From Patescibacteria group bacterium (GTDB taxonomy: Bacteria; Patescibacteriota; WWE3; 2-01-FULL-39-13), in assembly GCA_048499955.1 (NCBI GenBank), contig JASNYX010000002.1, positions 68,513 through 132,512 of the forward strand: a stretch of 64,000 nt of DNA, given 5' to 3'. The notes below the pieces were generated by a model that saw only the letters and a list, made by a program, of their open reading frames with translations, made no database searches and was not told where the DNA came from. Every line of letters begins with the position of its first letter. Positions within the stretch are counted from its first letter, which is position 1. The translations under genes and the position numbers were made by a program. Shown here piece after piece: positions 31,787-41,503 of the stretch.

Positions 31787-33340
31787 TTAACGGACCTTCG
31801 GAGTGTGATAAAGATTTTTGAGTTTTTTTCCAAACATCACACGCGTCTGTGCATCTATAAACGGTATAAAAGAAAATGTTAATAAATTGACGATCATCAG
31901 TGGAACTTCTACCAGAATGATTGCTCTTTTCCAAAGCGGCCATTCTTTTGGCATAGGAGCAGATAACTTATATCTCAATATCACTGCAGGAACCAAAAAT
32001 GCCATAGCAATCGTCAGTATAAAACTTGTAATAGGAGGTAAAGCATATGCGTAAGAACTTTGCCTAAACTCCGGATTAATCGACGAGGCAATTGTAAAAC
32101 CGAACGTCAAAACGTACGCCGTATTTATCAGCAGAACCCTTTTTCTAAAATGCTCGAACATCCAAGTAACCTTTGATGTAAGTGGAATCCTGTTATTAAC
32201 AAGAAACTCTTTAACCGACAACGGAAAATCTATAACACCGTAACCCCACCTTAGTAGCTGTTTATATAAACTTCGATATGAATCAACATAATTTTTGCCT
32301 TCTACAGCATCCGAAGAGAATGGAATAAAATGACTTACGCCTTTAAAAACACCATCGTAATATATAAACGCTCTCCAATAGAAAATAGTGTCATCAACGC
32401 CAAGCGTCACATCCCAATAATCAATGTTTACCAGAGTTTGCAATGAAGCCGAATAGCATGAAAAAGTATCTTTAAACTCAACCTCATTTTCGGAAAGCAC
32501 CCAATCTGCAATAGTTCCCAGAGTAATAAAATAAGTCTCAATACGCATCAACGCCGGTACTCTCCACAAATTATTGTTAAATAGGTAAACAGCACTCGAA
32601 AAATATTTACGATCCCGATCACCTAAGGTCAAATATTGATAAGTAATTCTCGACAAAAAGTGTTTACTTAAAACATGGTCGCAATCGATAGTCGTAAATA
32701 AATAATTTCTAATATTCATTCCACGTTTTTCCATCTCGATGACAGCATTTCTTGCACCCCAAGTTCTATTTGCTGCACCTGCTCCGATAGCTTCACCTTC
32801 AATACCGGCAGGATGCACAAAAATCATTACATCTTCAAATTTATGTTTACGGGTTTCCAGTAACTTATTTAGACGGATTTTTACATCTTCTGAATACTTT
32901 TCTTCTACAGTAAAAACAGCCAAAATCTTTTCACTAGGATACGACTGGTTAAGAAGTGCATCCATCATAGGCTCAAGAACATCATCCGGCTCATTAACCA
33001 TCGGCACTAAAACAAAATGCTTCATCTCATCTAGGCTTGGAGGGAGTGATTCTTTATCCGGTAAAGTTGAAAAGTCCAACTTTTCGCATTTTTCATTCCA
33101 GTCTATTGAATTCTCTCTTTTGAATCTTCGGTAACCGAAAATTCCACCGATAGTACCTCGAAAAGCAAGATAGAACCAATAAATCGTAACGAATGTTGTA
33201 ATATAAACAACGCCTTTTGGATACAAAAACCCCAACCAAACCGGCGATAGAATGAAAATCCAGGTTGATAACCCTGGGATTATCTCTAGAATCCTCGTAA
33301 CAAGGTAATCATTTTTTCTTACGAAATCAGCTACACTCAT
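31787..33340 (-). CDS. Membrane-embedded processive GT2 glycosyltransferase (cellulose/chitin/hyaluronan-synthase-like)
   Basis: Two N-terminal TM helices, a GT2 domain with a DCD (DxD) motif and a QLLRWGYG (QxxRW) motif, and 4-5 C-terminal TM helices. Confidence 0.7.
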   Translation of the reverse strand: MSVADFVRKNDYLVTRILEIIPGLSTWIFILSPVWLGFLYPKGVVYITTFVTIYWFYLAFRGTIGGIFGYRRFKRENSIDWNEKCEKLDFSTLPDKESLPPSLDEMKHFVLVPMVNEPDDVLEPMMDALLNQSYPSEKILAVFTVEEKYSEDVKIRLNKLLETRKHKFEDVMIFVHPAGIEGEAIGAGAANRTWGARNAVIEMEKRGMNIRNYLFTTIDCDHVLSKHFLSRITYQYLTLGDRDRKYFSSAVYLFNNNLWRVPALMRIETYFITLGTIADWVLSENEVEFKDTFSCYSASLQTLVNIDYWDVTLGVDDTIFYWRAFIYYDGVFKGVSHFIPFSSDAVEGKNYVDSYRSLYKQLLRWGYGVIDFPLSVKEFLVNNRIPLTSKVTWMFEHFRKRVLLINTAYVLTFGFTIASSINPEFRQSSYAYALPPITSFILTIAMAFLVPAVILRYKLSAPMPKEWPLWKRAIILVEVPLMIVNLLTFSFIPFIDAQTRVMFGKKLKNLYHTPKVR

Positions 33341-34551
33341 AAATTTTTTCCGTTTAAAACTTCTAAACCCTCGACCAAAAATTTTCCATCTTTCTGTATG
33401 CTCCGACCATCAATAATTACTTCTCCGCCTCCATATTCAGGAAGCATCATAATTGTTAAGTCCCAGTGAATTGAGCTACGATTTCCATTATCTATATGCA
33501 CAACATTCCCGTTTTCCTCACGGTCTTCGTATGCTTTACCCGGTGTAATGTGAAAACTCCCACCGACTTTCTCGTTCAAAAGAGGATTAAATACGTTTCG
33601 TCGAATTCCGGGATTTGTTCCCAATGCTACTTCACCAAAAAATCTTGCACCTTCATCACGATCCAAAAATTCGTTTAATTCCTGTTGACCTTTTGAAGCT
33701 TTCGCCTCAATGATTTTTCCGTTTTCAACTTTAAAATAGACATCTTCGACAATCTTAGCGTCATGTCCAAGCAATTTTTTGCCCGGAGCAAATAGCTGTC
33801 CGTCAACTGAATCACGCACAGGCGATGAGAAAACTTCTGATCCCGGATAATTATTATCAATAGTTGAGTTAATGAAACCCATACCTTCGATACTCATTTC
33901 AAGGTACGTTCTCTTAGAAACATCAGGGTTATTTGGATCTGCAATTAAAATCAGTTGCCTGGCCTTTCCCAGCATTTCGCAAAGAATTTTTTGAGCTTCC
34001 TCAATCTTATCCCAAGGCTGGTCGCTAGCCTTTGCGAATAACTCCACATATTCTTCCAATGATATGCCCTCGATTTCAGCTTCACTTGGAGTTGGCCAAT
34101 ATACCAATTGCCAGTTCGTATAATTCACACGGTAATCAAGATAAATGGGTTTCATGGCCTGACTATAAAGTGCCATTTTATCGGAAGGAACACCTTTCAT
34201 AATTTCAGGGTCTCGAAGAGCCCTTATCATAAAAACTACATCTGCTTGAGAGATTTCGTTATTAATATGTGAATAATATCTGGAAATATCTCTGTCTCCG
34301 GAATTAGGTAATATTACAGAATCCAGATCCATATCTCTAACCCGATACCAAACTCGACATCCTTTTTCAGCACACAAACGGGAAATTTCTTTAGCAAGTT
34401 GCCGACCACCAATATCATAAATGACCATAACATGATCGCCTTTTTTCACCTTAGCTGCTTGCTCAACCATGTCAGAGGCAACCTTGCTTACAAGCTTTGC
34501 CGAAAATTCAGCTAGCTCAGAGGTTAATGATTTTTCAATAAGCTTTGCCAT
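33337..34551 (-). CDS. Aminopeptidase, M29 (aminopeptidase T/AmpS) family
   Basis: 404 aa. The N-terminal organisation and length fit the thermophilic-aminopeptidase family. This is my recognition only, without a decisive motif. Confidence 0.5.
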   Translation of the reverse strand: MAKLIEKSLTSELAEFSAKLVSKVASDMVEQAAKVKKGDHVMVIYDIGGRQLAKEISRLCAEKGCRVWYRVRDMDLDSVILPNSGDRDISRYYSHINNEISQADVVFMIRALRDPEIMKGVPSDKMALYSQAMKPIYLDYRVNYTNWQLVYWPTPSEAEIEGISLEEYVELFAKASDQPWDKIEEAQKILCEMLGKARQLILIADPNNPDVSKRTYLEMSIEGMGFINSTIDNNYPGSEVFSSPVRDSVDGQLFAPGKKLLGHDAKIVEDVYFKVENGKIIEAKASKGQQELNEFLDRDEGARFFGEVALGTNPGIRRNVFNPLLNEKVGGSFHITPGKAYEDREENGNVVHIDNGNRSSIHWDLTIMMLPEYGGGEVIIDGRSIQKDGKFLVEGLEVLNGKNL

Positions 34552-34620
34552 ATTAGGGAAATTTTAGCACATAGAGGGAACGAAACTCCGAGTGCAAAAT
34601 CCGAAAAAAATACGATTTAT

Positions 34621-35388
34621 TTAGTAGAATTTCTCATAGTAAATATTATTGGGGCTAACCCCTTTTTCCAGCAATAACATCTCTGTAGAATTAATCATGT
34701 CACCACCACCGCAAATAAAGAATTGGCTCTCAGACAAGATCACGGAGGACAATGATTCAAGATACCTAGTCACATATCCATGATTTACATTTTTTGTTTC
34801 AGGTGATCTGGATAAATAAAGTTGGTAATCTTTGATTAATCCTTTTTCTTTATAGTTCTCAAATAACTGCCTGTAAAAGATATCTGTTTCAAACCGTGTA
34901 CCAAAAATTACATATATATTGTGATTCTTGCTTTCACCAGACAAAATCAACTCCTCAATCATAGATTTCAATGGAGCAATACCGGTTCCTGTAGAAATAA
35001 AGTAAAGATTCTTCTTAAGCTCTTCCGCTAAAACGAATAATCCGATTTGACCGACAAAGTTTATCTTATCAAAGCGCTTTAAGCCTTTAAGAAAGTTCAC
35101 ACCGACACCGTTTGGTTTAGTATCGATAAGAAGTTCGAAATCAGTCCTACTGAAGGCCGGAGCAGAAGAAATTGAATACTGTCTTCTGACATTCGGTTCA
35201 ATAACTAGTGCGATGTACTGTCCGGCTTTGAAATTTAGTTCTCTTGGCTCTAACATTTTAAATTTCATTTCAAGCACGTCTGCTGCGATTTGATTTGCGG
35301 ATTCAAATTGTGCAATTCCGCGTATCGGAGTCGCTTTTAGTGTAGATACTTGATCAGAAGTTTTCGCGGGAAAAACAAGTTTTTTCAT
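34621..35388 (-). CDS. Ferredoxin-NADP reductase-like FAD/NAD(P)-binding oxidoreductase
   Basis: RRQYSIS (RxYS FAD-binding motif) and GTGIAPL NAD(P)-binding motif. Confidence 0.65.
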   Translation of the reverse strand: MKKLVFPAKTSDQVSTLKATPIRGIAQFESANQIAADVLEMKFKMLEPRELNFKAGQYIALVIEPNVRRQYSISSAPAFSRTDFELLIDTKPNGVGVNFLKGLKRFDKINFVGQIGLFVLAEELKKNLYFISTGTGIAPLKSMIEELILSGESKNHNIYVIFGTRFETDIFYRQLFENYKEKGLIKDYQLYLSRSPETKNVNHGYVTRYLESLSSVILSESQFFICGGGDMINSTEMLLLEKGVSPNNIYYEKFY

Positions 35389-35394
35389 GCGTCT

Positions 35395-35646
35395 TTATTT
35401 CGGATAAATTAAATTGCCCTCTTTATCGTAAATCTTTATAGCCAACACGGGGCAACTCATTGCAGCGGTAATAATCTCATCATCGGAATCACCGGTCGGA
35501 TCAACAACAACAGCTTTACCTTCCTCATTAATATGAAATGTATTAGGAGCAAAAGTAGCACACGGCCCTGCTCCGATGCATAAGTCAGAATCAACGATGA
35601 CTTTACCGATTTTTGAATTTTCTTTATTCTTCAGATCCTGATTCAT
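35395..35646 (-). CDS. Small [4Fe-4S]/[3Fe-4S] ferredoxin
   Basis: 83 aa with a CIGAGPC...CP cysteine pattern. Confidence 0.55.
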   Translation of the reverse strand: MNQDLKNKENSKIGKVIVDSDLCIGAGPCATFAPNTFHINEEGKAVVVDPTGDSDDEIITAAMSCPVLAIKIYDKEGNLIYPK

Positions 35647-35899
35647 CTTTCTTATTAATAACCTGATTAATCTCAGAAACTAACTCATCTACTTCCTCTT
35701 CCGACATCCCATGAATTTGTGCTCCTTGTTCAATAGTATCGAAGGCATTTGCAAAGCACCCGACACAGTGAAGCCCGAACGACAATAACACATCAGCAGA
35801 CTCAGGATACCTAAATACCAGATCTGCAATATTAGCATCTTTAGTTATTTTTACTTCTTTTTTTGATGTCGACATAAGAATCCCTTCATTATCATTCAA
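35624..35899 (-). CDS. DUF1858-like protein (hybrid-cluster-protein-associated redox disulfide domain)
   Basis: 91 aa with the LHCVGC motif flanked by the conserved ...IADLV..YPE...L...G pattern. Confidence 0.45.
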   Translation of the reverse strand: MNDNEGILMSTSKKEVKITKDANIADLVFRYPESADVLLSFGLHCVGCFANAFDTIEQGAQIHGMSEEEVDELVSEINQVINKKDESGSEE

Positions 35900-35901
35900 A
35901 C

Positions 35902-37170
35902 TTACTTGCGAGGTCTGGCAAGTCTTTTAACTTTATCCAAACCTGTTATAAGAGAATCAATATCATCTTCCGTATTGTAAAAATACAAACTCATTCTGAC
36001 CGTCGTAGTATTCGGTTGATCCATATGCCAAGGCATTACACAGTGGTGACCGGATCGAACCGCTACACCTTCAGTATCTAAAATAATTGCTACATCATGA
36101 GCTGAAATATTTTTTATATTAAATGGTATTACCCCAATCTTCTTCGTATAATCAGTCGAACCATAAATAATAACATCGTCACGTTTGCTCAATTCATCTA
36201 ACGCATATTTGGCTAGTTTAGTTTCGTGTTCAAAAATTTTCTCCATACCGATGCTATTAAGATAGTTGGCCGCGGCGGCAAGGCCTATGGCCCCGCTCAC
36301 GTTTGGTGTTCCGGCTTCAAGCATTTCAGGCATTTCACCAAAAGTTGTTTTATCAAATGAAACAGACTTAATCATTCCTCCACCTGAATAGAACGGCTTC
36401 ATCTGAGAAAACAACTCACGATTCACCCACAAGACACCGATCCCCATAGGACCGCACATTTTATGTCCGCTAAAGGCAAGAAAATCGCAACCAAGTTTTT
36501 TTACATCAACAGGCATATGAGGCACAGACTGAGATGCATCCACCATAATTTTAGGTAAATGATTTGCACTTTCGGAATCAGTGATTCTCAAAGCTTCTAT
36601 AACACGCTTTTTTATATATTTTTTAATACCTCTAATATCATTAACAACTCCAAGCACATTCGAAGCATGGGTAACTGAGACGAACTTTACTTTTTCCCAA
36701 TTTGTGAAAACTTTTGTAATATCCAGTAACCCTTCTTCGGTTAATGGAATATCCACTAACTCGCATCCGACTTTTTCCGCGACTATCTGCCAGGGAACTA
36801 AATTGGAATGATGCTCGGCTTTCGAGACTAAAATTACATCACCTTGTTTTAAATTATTTAACGCCCAACTGAATGCCACTAAATTTATTGCTTCAGTTGA
36901 ATTTCTGACAAAAACAATTTCCTCGGGTACAACAGCACCAATGAACGAGGCGATTGTTTTACGAGAAATTTCAAACATATCCGTTGATTCTCTACTTAAC
37001 GTATGGGCTCCACGATGAACATTCGCCCGATGCTTTGTTTCGAAATCTACAATAGCGTCAAGTACCTGCTTTGGCATTTGAGATGTTGCGGCATTATCCA
37101 AGTAGACTAATGGCTTACCATTAATTTCTCTATTTAAAATTGGAAAATCTTTACGCCAAATATTTTGCAT
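35902..37170 (-). CDS. sufS: Cysteine desulfurase SufS (class V aminotransferase)
   Basis: LDNAATSQ N-terminal motif, PLP-lysine region SGHKMCGPMGIGVL, and active-site RSGHHC. The track ORF extends to 37242 and overlaps sufD by 92 nt. The internal Met (MQNIWRKDFPIL) is the more plausible start. Confidence 0.85.
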   Translation of the reverse strand: MQNIWRKDFPILNREINGKPLVYLDNAATSQMPKQVLDAIVDFETKHRANVHRGAHTLSRESTDMFEISRKTIASFIGAVVPEEIVFVRNSTEAINLVAFSWALNNLKQGDVILVSKAEHHSNLVPWQIVAEKVGCELVDIPLTEEGLLDITKVFTNWEKVKFVSVTHASNVLGVVNDIRGIKKYIKKRVIEALRITDSESANHLPKIMVDASQSVPHMPVDVKKLGCDFLAFSGHKMCGPMGIGVLWVNRELFSQMKPFYSGGGMIKSVSFDKTTFGEMPEMLEAGTPNVSGAIGLAAAANYLNSIGMEKIFEHETKLAKYALDELSKRDDVIIYGSTDYTKKIGVIPFNIKNISAHDVAIILDTEGVAVRSGHHCVMPWHMDQPNTTTVRMSLYFYNTEDDIDSLITGLDKVKRLARPRK

Positions 37171-37744
37171 ATGCTTTAATTTTTGAAACTTCCTCCATAT
37201 CTTTCGTCTCAAGTTTCGAAATAAAATCCCTAAGAAAGCCACTGATAATCAGCCGCTGAGATTCTTTGGAATTTAATCCACGACTTCTTAAATAATACTC
37301 TTCCAGAAGTTCGATTGTCTTGATGGTAACACCATGAGAAGCTTTTACATCCTGATTCGCGATCTCAAGTTGCGGACTGGAATTAATAATCACATTTTCA
37401 CCCATTACCAAATTATCATTTTTTAAATATGCATCGGAAAGTGAAGCTTCAACTCCAATTTTTATCATTCCTTCAAATTCAAATTTAGCATCACCATCAA
37501 ATAGCCCCTTAACGTGCACCCTAGATCTAGACCCGGGCACAACATGATTCATTGTCGAAATAACTTTTTGATAATCATATCCTGCTCCAACGATCAACAT
37601 ATAAACATTAACTTCCACATTTTCTTCTGTGATTTCAAAATCAAGGTTACTTTCGAAATTATCATATCCGATGATAAAGAAATCCTCATTCGCCTTTAAT
37701 TTAAATTTCTCGTCTTTTGTTTCATTCAACTTAATAATTTTCAT
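37151..37744 (-). CDS. sufD: SufD-like Fe-S assembly protein (short form, beta-helix core only)
   Basis: 197 aa with the conserved C-terminal SufB/SufD block (ASHGVTIKTIELLEEYYLRSRGL). It sits between sufB and sufS. Confidence 0.6.
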   Translation of the reverse strand: MKIIKLNETKDEKFKLKANEDFFIIGYDNFESNLDFEITEENVEVNVYMLIVGAGYDYQKVISTMNHVVPGSRSRVHVKGLFDGDAKFEFEGMIKIGVEASLSDAYLKNDNLVMGENVIINSSPQLEIANQDVKASHGVTIKTIELLEEYYLRSRGLNSKESQRLIISGFLRDFISKLETKDMEEVSKIKAYAKYLA

Positions 37745-37759
37745 ATTTAAATTGGAGGA

Positions 37760-39175
37760 TTAACCTACTGAACCTTCCATCTCCAGTTCAATTAGTCGAT
37801 TTAATTCGTAGGCATATTCCATCGGAAGTTGCTTCACAATTGGGGAGATAAATCCGTTCACAATCAGCGCTGAAGACTCCGCCTCAGACAAACCTCTACT
37901 CATCAGATAGAATAATTGTTCTTCACTAACTTTACTTACGCTCGCCTCGTGCCCAATTTTGACTTTCTTATTGTCGATTTTCATAAACGGATATGTATCT
38001 GTTCTGGAATTTTTATCGAGTAGCAATGCATCACATTCCACATTCGACTTTACATTTTCTGCTTTCTTTATTACTTTTATCAATCCACGGTAGCTTGACC
38101 TTCCATTCCCCTTTGAAACAGATTTCGAAATTACATTTGAAGAAGTATTCGGTGCTAAGTGAACCATTTTGGCTCCTGTGTCCTGGTGTTGTCCGTCTCC
38201 GGCAAATGCCAATGACATAACTTCTCCTGAAGCTCCCGGTTCCATCAAATAAACTGAGGGATACTTCATCGTCACCTTAGAACCAATGTTTCCATCCACC
38301 CATTCCATACGGGCATTCTCATATGCAAAAGCCCTTTTTGTGACGAGGTTATATACAGTCTGGTACCAGTTTTGTATCGTGGTATACCTAAAATGTGCCT
38401 TCTTCTTAACAATCACCTCAACAACCGCCGAATGCAAAGAGTTCGTAGAATACATCGGGGCGGAACATCCTTCTACATAATGACCTTGAGATTCTTCATC
38501 ACAAATAATTAACGTTCTCTCAAATTGCCCTGCATGTGCTGCATTGATTCTGAAATACGCTTGAAGCGGACGATCAACCTTAACGCCTTTCGGAATATAT
38601 ATAAAAGATCCACCTGACCAAACAGCACTATTAAGTGCAGCAAATTTATTATCAGCAGCAGGAACAATTTTCCCAAAGTACTCCTCGAAGTATTCCGGAT
38701 ACTTTTGTAACGCTTCATCTGTTCCTAAGAATATTACACCCTCATCCTCGAGTTCTTTTCTTAAGGATCCGTATACCACTTCTGAATCATATTGGGCTTT
38801 AACACCCGCAAGGAATTCTCTTTCTGCTTGAGGAACTCCTAATCTGTCAAAAGTCGTCTTGACCTCGATAGGGACATCCTCCCATTTACGTTGCTGTTTG
38901 TCTGTCGGCTTAATGTAATAATGTATTTCGTCGAAATTAATATCAGATAAATCAGCTCCCCAAGTAGGCATCTGCTTTGATAAAAATATTTGGTATGCCT
39001 TTAATCTATAATCCAACATCCATTTAGGTTCGTTTTTTCTTTTGGATAACTCTCGAATAACATCCTCATTTAAACCCTTGGGAGACTTGAAAACCGATTT
39101 ATCCGGCATCGAAAATCCCTCTCGGTAACCGCTTGGCTCTTTTAATTTACGTTCCTGTTCAGATAATTGTTTCAT
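37760..39175 (-). CDS. sufB: Fe-S cluster assembly protein SufB
   Basis: 471 aa with typical SufB conservation throughout (e.g. [24 protein letters not shown]). Confidence 0.9.
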   Translation of the reverse strand: MKQLSEQERKLKEPSGYREGFSMPDKSVFKSPKGLNEDVIRELSKRKNEPKWMLDYRLKAYQIFLSKQMPTWGADLSDINFDEIHYYIKPTDKQQRKWEDVPIEVKTTFDRLGVPQAEREFLAGVKAQYDSEVVYGSLRKELEDEGVIFLGTDEALQKYPEYFEEYFGKIVPAADNKFAALNSAVWSGGSFIYIPKGVKVDRPLQAYFRINAAHAGQFERTLIICDEESQGHYVEGCSAPMYSTNSLHSAVVEVIVKKKAHFRYTTIQNWYQTVYNLVTKRAFAYENARMEWVDGNIGSKVTMKYPSVYLMEPGASGEVMSLAFAGDGQHQDTGAKMVHLAPNTSSNVISKSVSKGNGRSSYRGLIKVIKKAENVKSNVECDALLLDKNSRTDTYPFMKIDNKKVKIGHEASVSKVSEEQLFYLMSRGLSEAESSALIVNGFISPIVKQLPMEYAYELNRLIELEMEGSVG

Positions 39176-39908
39176 AACCGCTTTCCTCTAAACTTTGAGC
39201 GAGTTCGACTCCCCCACTTTTAACTATTTTCCCCTTCATTAATATATGTACGTGAGTCGGATTTAGATACTCAAGCATTCGATTGTAATGCGTTATCACT
39301 AATATCCCCATGTTATTTCTTTTTGCTAATTCGCTTGCACCTTGAGCTACAATTTTTAATGCGGAAATATCAAGTCCGCTATCAGTTTCATCTAAGATTG
39401 CGTAAGAAGGTCCCAACAACGACATTTGTAAAATTTCCGATTTCTTTTTTTCTCCTCCACTAAATCCTTCGTTAAGATTTCTTAACAGAAATGATTCGTC
39501 CATTTTTAATTCACTCATTTTTTCTTTGATAATCTTTCTGAATCCATATGGAGATGCTTCCTTAAAGCCTGGAGTTCTGTTCTTATTAAGATTATTGTAA
39601 ATAGATCTTAAAAAATCTAAATAACTAAGTCCGGGAATTTCATTCGGATATTGGAACGCCAAAAACAAACCTTTAAGTGCACGCTCATTCGTTTCCATGT
39701 CGGAAATATCTTCCCCATCGAGAATGATTTTTGAACTTTCGGAAACCTCGATTTCAGGATGACCCATTAATGCTAGAGATAAAGTAGATTTGCCGCTACC
39801 GTTTGGCCCCATCAATGCATGAACCTCACCTTTATTTATGACTAAATTAATGTCATCTAGAATGTTTTGTCCTTGTCTGGACGCACTCAAGTTTTTTACT
39901 TCTAACAT
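39159..39908 (-). CDS. sufC: Fe-S cluster assembly ATPase SufC
   Basis: Walker [13 protein letters not shown] signature [14 protein letters not shown] and Walker [11 protein letters not shown]. Confidence 0.9.
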   Translation of the reverse strand: MLEVKNLSASRQGQNILDDINLVINKGEVHALMGPNGSGKSTLSLALMGHPEIEVSESSKIILDGEDISDMETNERALKGLFLAFQYPNEIPGLSYLDFLRSIYNNLNKNRTPGFKEASPYGFRKIIKEKMSELKMDESFLLRNLNEGFSGGEKKKSEILQMSLLGPSYAILDETDSGLDISALKIVAQGASELAKRNNMGILVITHYNRMLEYLNPTHVHILMKGKIVKSGGVELAQSLEESGYETII

Positions 39909-39939
39909 AATGTTTTCCAGCAGAAAATTAAACTAAGGG

Positions 39940-40200
39940 CTACAATAAGAAACACTTCTGTTCATCGTGTGGACAATTATATGAAACAGAATAATAAACC
40001 TGACGACCTGCGTTTATCTTAAAAAGAAGGCCTGAATCTTTCATCGCCTTCAAGTGGTAACTTACGGTCGGCTGTCTAAGGTTAACGTGCTTTGTAATCT
40101 CGTTAACATTTGCCTTTCCATTGTTAACAACATATCTATATATATCCATTCTGGATCTAATGCTTAGGTTCTTAAAACACTCTATGCATTGTTTCTTCAT
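39940..40200 (-). CDS. ArsR/SmtB-family HTH regulator with N- and C-terminal cysteine pairs, probable suf-operon regulator
   Basis: 86 aa. HTH core (ITKHVNLRQPTVSYHLKAMKDSGLL) flanked by C5/C8 and a CPHDEQKC tail. It is directly upstream of sufC. Confidence 0.55.
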   Translation of the reverse strand: MKKQCIECFKNLSIRSRMDIYRYVVNNGKANVNEITKHVNLRQPTVSYHLKAMKDSGLLFKINAGRQVYYSVSYNCPHDEQKCFLL

Positions 40201-40255
40201 ACATAGATGATAATCTATATTACCTTAATTTTCAACCTTATCGATAGCATCTCCC

Positions 40256-40924
40256 CTACCTAGAAAGCCTCCATTTAGTATAGATTCCGGGCAAACCAAG
40301 CTCCAGGTGCTCAATACTTGCAAGAGGAAATGTCTTTAGAATAAGCTCAATAATGTGATTCAGAACAGCTCCTGAAAGACCAAGATGGTCAATAATTATG
40401 GCGAACTTGCTTATGTCCTCAGGCAATTCATACAGTAGCAGATCCTCAATACTTAAAAATTCTAGTTCTTCAGATTTTAAGGTATTACAAATGATCATGT
40501 TTTCAGATTTTTCGTAGAAAAAACAGGAACTCACCTCACCAACATATAAATATAAGATGGATGGCTCTATCACAACTGACAAGCACTGTTTAAAAAATGC
40601 CGATACAAAAGATATCAAGACATGCTTACCGGGTAGTAGCCTATCCAATACAACTTCTAGCCCTTCAATATACTCATTGGTTAACTTATCGGAAACAATA
40701 ACATCAATTCTGTCTAACACTGAAACATTAGAGTAGGTTGAAAAGAAAGTTTTAAGAAACGACTCAGTCCTAAGAACAAGTTCATGCATTGTTAACTGAT
40801 TTTTCATTTTTAGTTTATCTTTGAATTTTTTGTGTCTGATTACTTTGGAAGCAAATGTTTGAAGGTTAATTTTAGATATGCTTATACTCAGTGGACTAAC
40901 ATCCACTACAAGTGCAAATTTCAT
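40256..40924 (-). CDS. Hypothetical protein
   Basis: 222 aa ORF. The N-terminus (FALVVDVSPLSISISKI) is faintly actin-like ATPase-like. Nothing firm. Confidence 0.35.
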   Translation of the reverse strand: MKFALVVDVSPLSISISKINLQTFASKVIRHKKFKDKLKMKNQLTMHELVLRTESFLKTFFSTYSNVSVLDRIDVIVSDKLTNEYIEGLEVVLDRLLPGKHVLISFVSAFFKQCLSVVIEPSILYLYVGEVSSCFFYEKSENMIICNTLKSEELEFLSIEDLLLYELPEDISKFAIIIDHLGLSGAVLNHIIELILKTFPLASIEHLELGLPGIYTKWRLSR

Positions 40925-40959
40925 TATGATATGATTGAAAAAGAGCGATAACTCAACAA

Positions 40960-40976
40960 GGACCTAAATTTTAGGT
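40960..40976. promoter_or_regulatory. Perfect 17-bp palindrome GACCTAAATTTTAGGTC in the divergent intergenic region
   Basis: Read directly from the sequence. It lies between the start of 40256..40924 (-) and the XRE regulator gene (+), so it is a candidate operator. Confidence 0.3.
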
Positions 40977-41154
40977 CAAACAAAAGAGTATTGCCTATTA
41001 AGGCTCAAAGAATTGGAAATGCTGGCACGCTTAACCTTTCTCGGAGCCGAAGCCCCCCGGTAAAGGGCATATTTATTAGTTACCTCGTTGAGTCTACCAT
41101 TTGTAGAATTTACCCTACTAAATGTAGATTCAGAATACACCAAAGTCAGATAAA

Positions 41155-41451
41155 ATGTCAACAAAAGACATTGGGAAAAAAATACGTGAAGCAAGAAATG
41201 AGCTTGGTATATCACAAAAGAAGCTTGGAGAGGCATTAATTATCAGTGAAAAAGCTATCAGCTCTTACGAATCCGGAAGAACCGCTCCTTCAATCCAAAT
41301 TCTTCAGAAGATTGCGAAAAGAACAAACAAGCCAATAACATACTTCACTGATGAACTTACCAAAGAAACATCCCTCATATTCTTACTCGAAAATATAGAG
41401 AACCAGCTTAAGGAAATCAGAAGACTCCTAGAAGAATCGACAAATAATTAG
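41155..41451 (+). CDS. XRE-family helix-turn-helix transcriptional regulator
   Basis: IREARNELGISQKKLGEALIISEKAISSYESGRTAPSIQILQKIAK is a canonical HTH_XRE pattern. Confidence 0.7.
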   Translation: MSTKDIGKKIREARNELGISQKKLGEALIISEKAISSYESGRTAPSIQILQKIAKRTNKPITYFTDELTKETSLIFLLENIENQLKEIRRLLEESTNN

Positions 41452-41503
41452 CAAATATCTACCCAGACCATTGAAATTCCCCGCCAGAACAAGATAAGTT
41501 ATA

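Noticed and set aside
40976-41239. Overlapping ORFs 40976..41236 (-) and 40991..41239 (+)
   Set aside because: They overlap each other and the promoter/5' end of the XRE gene. The encoded peptides are low-complexity. They are treated as non-coding regulatory DNA.
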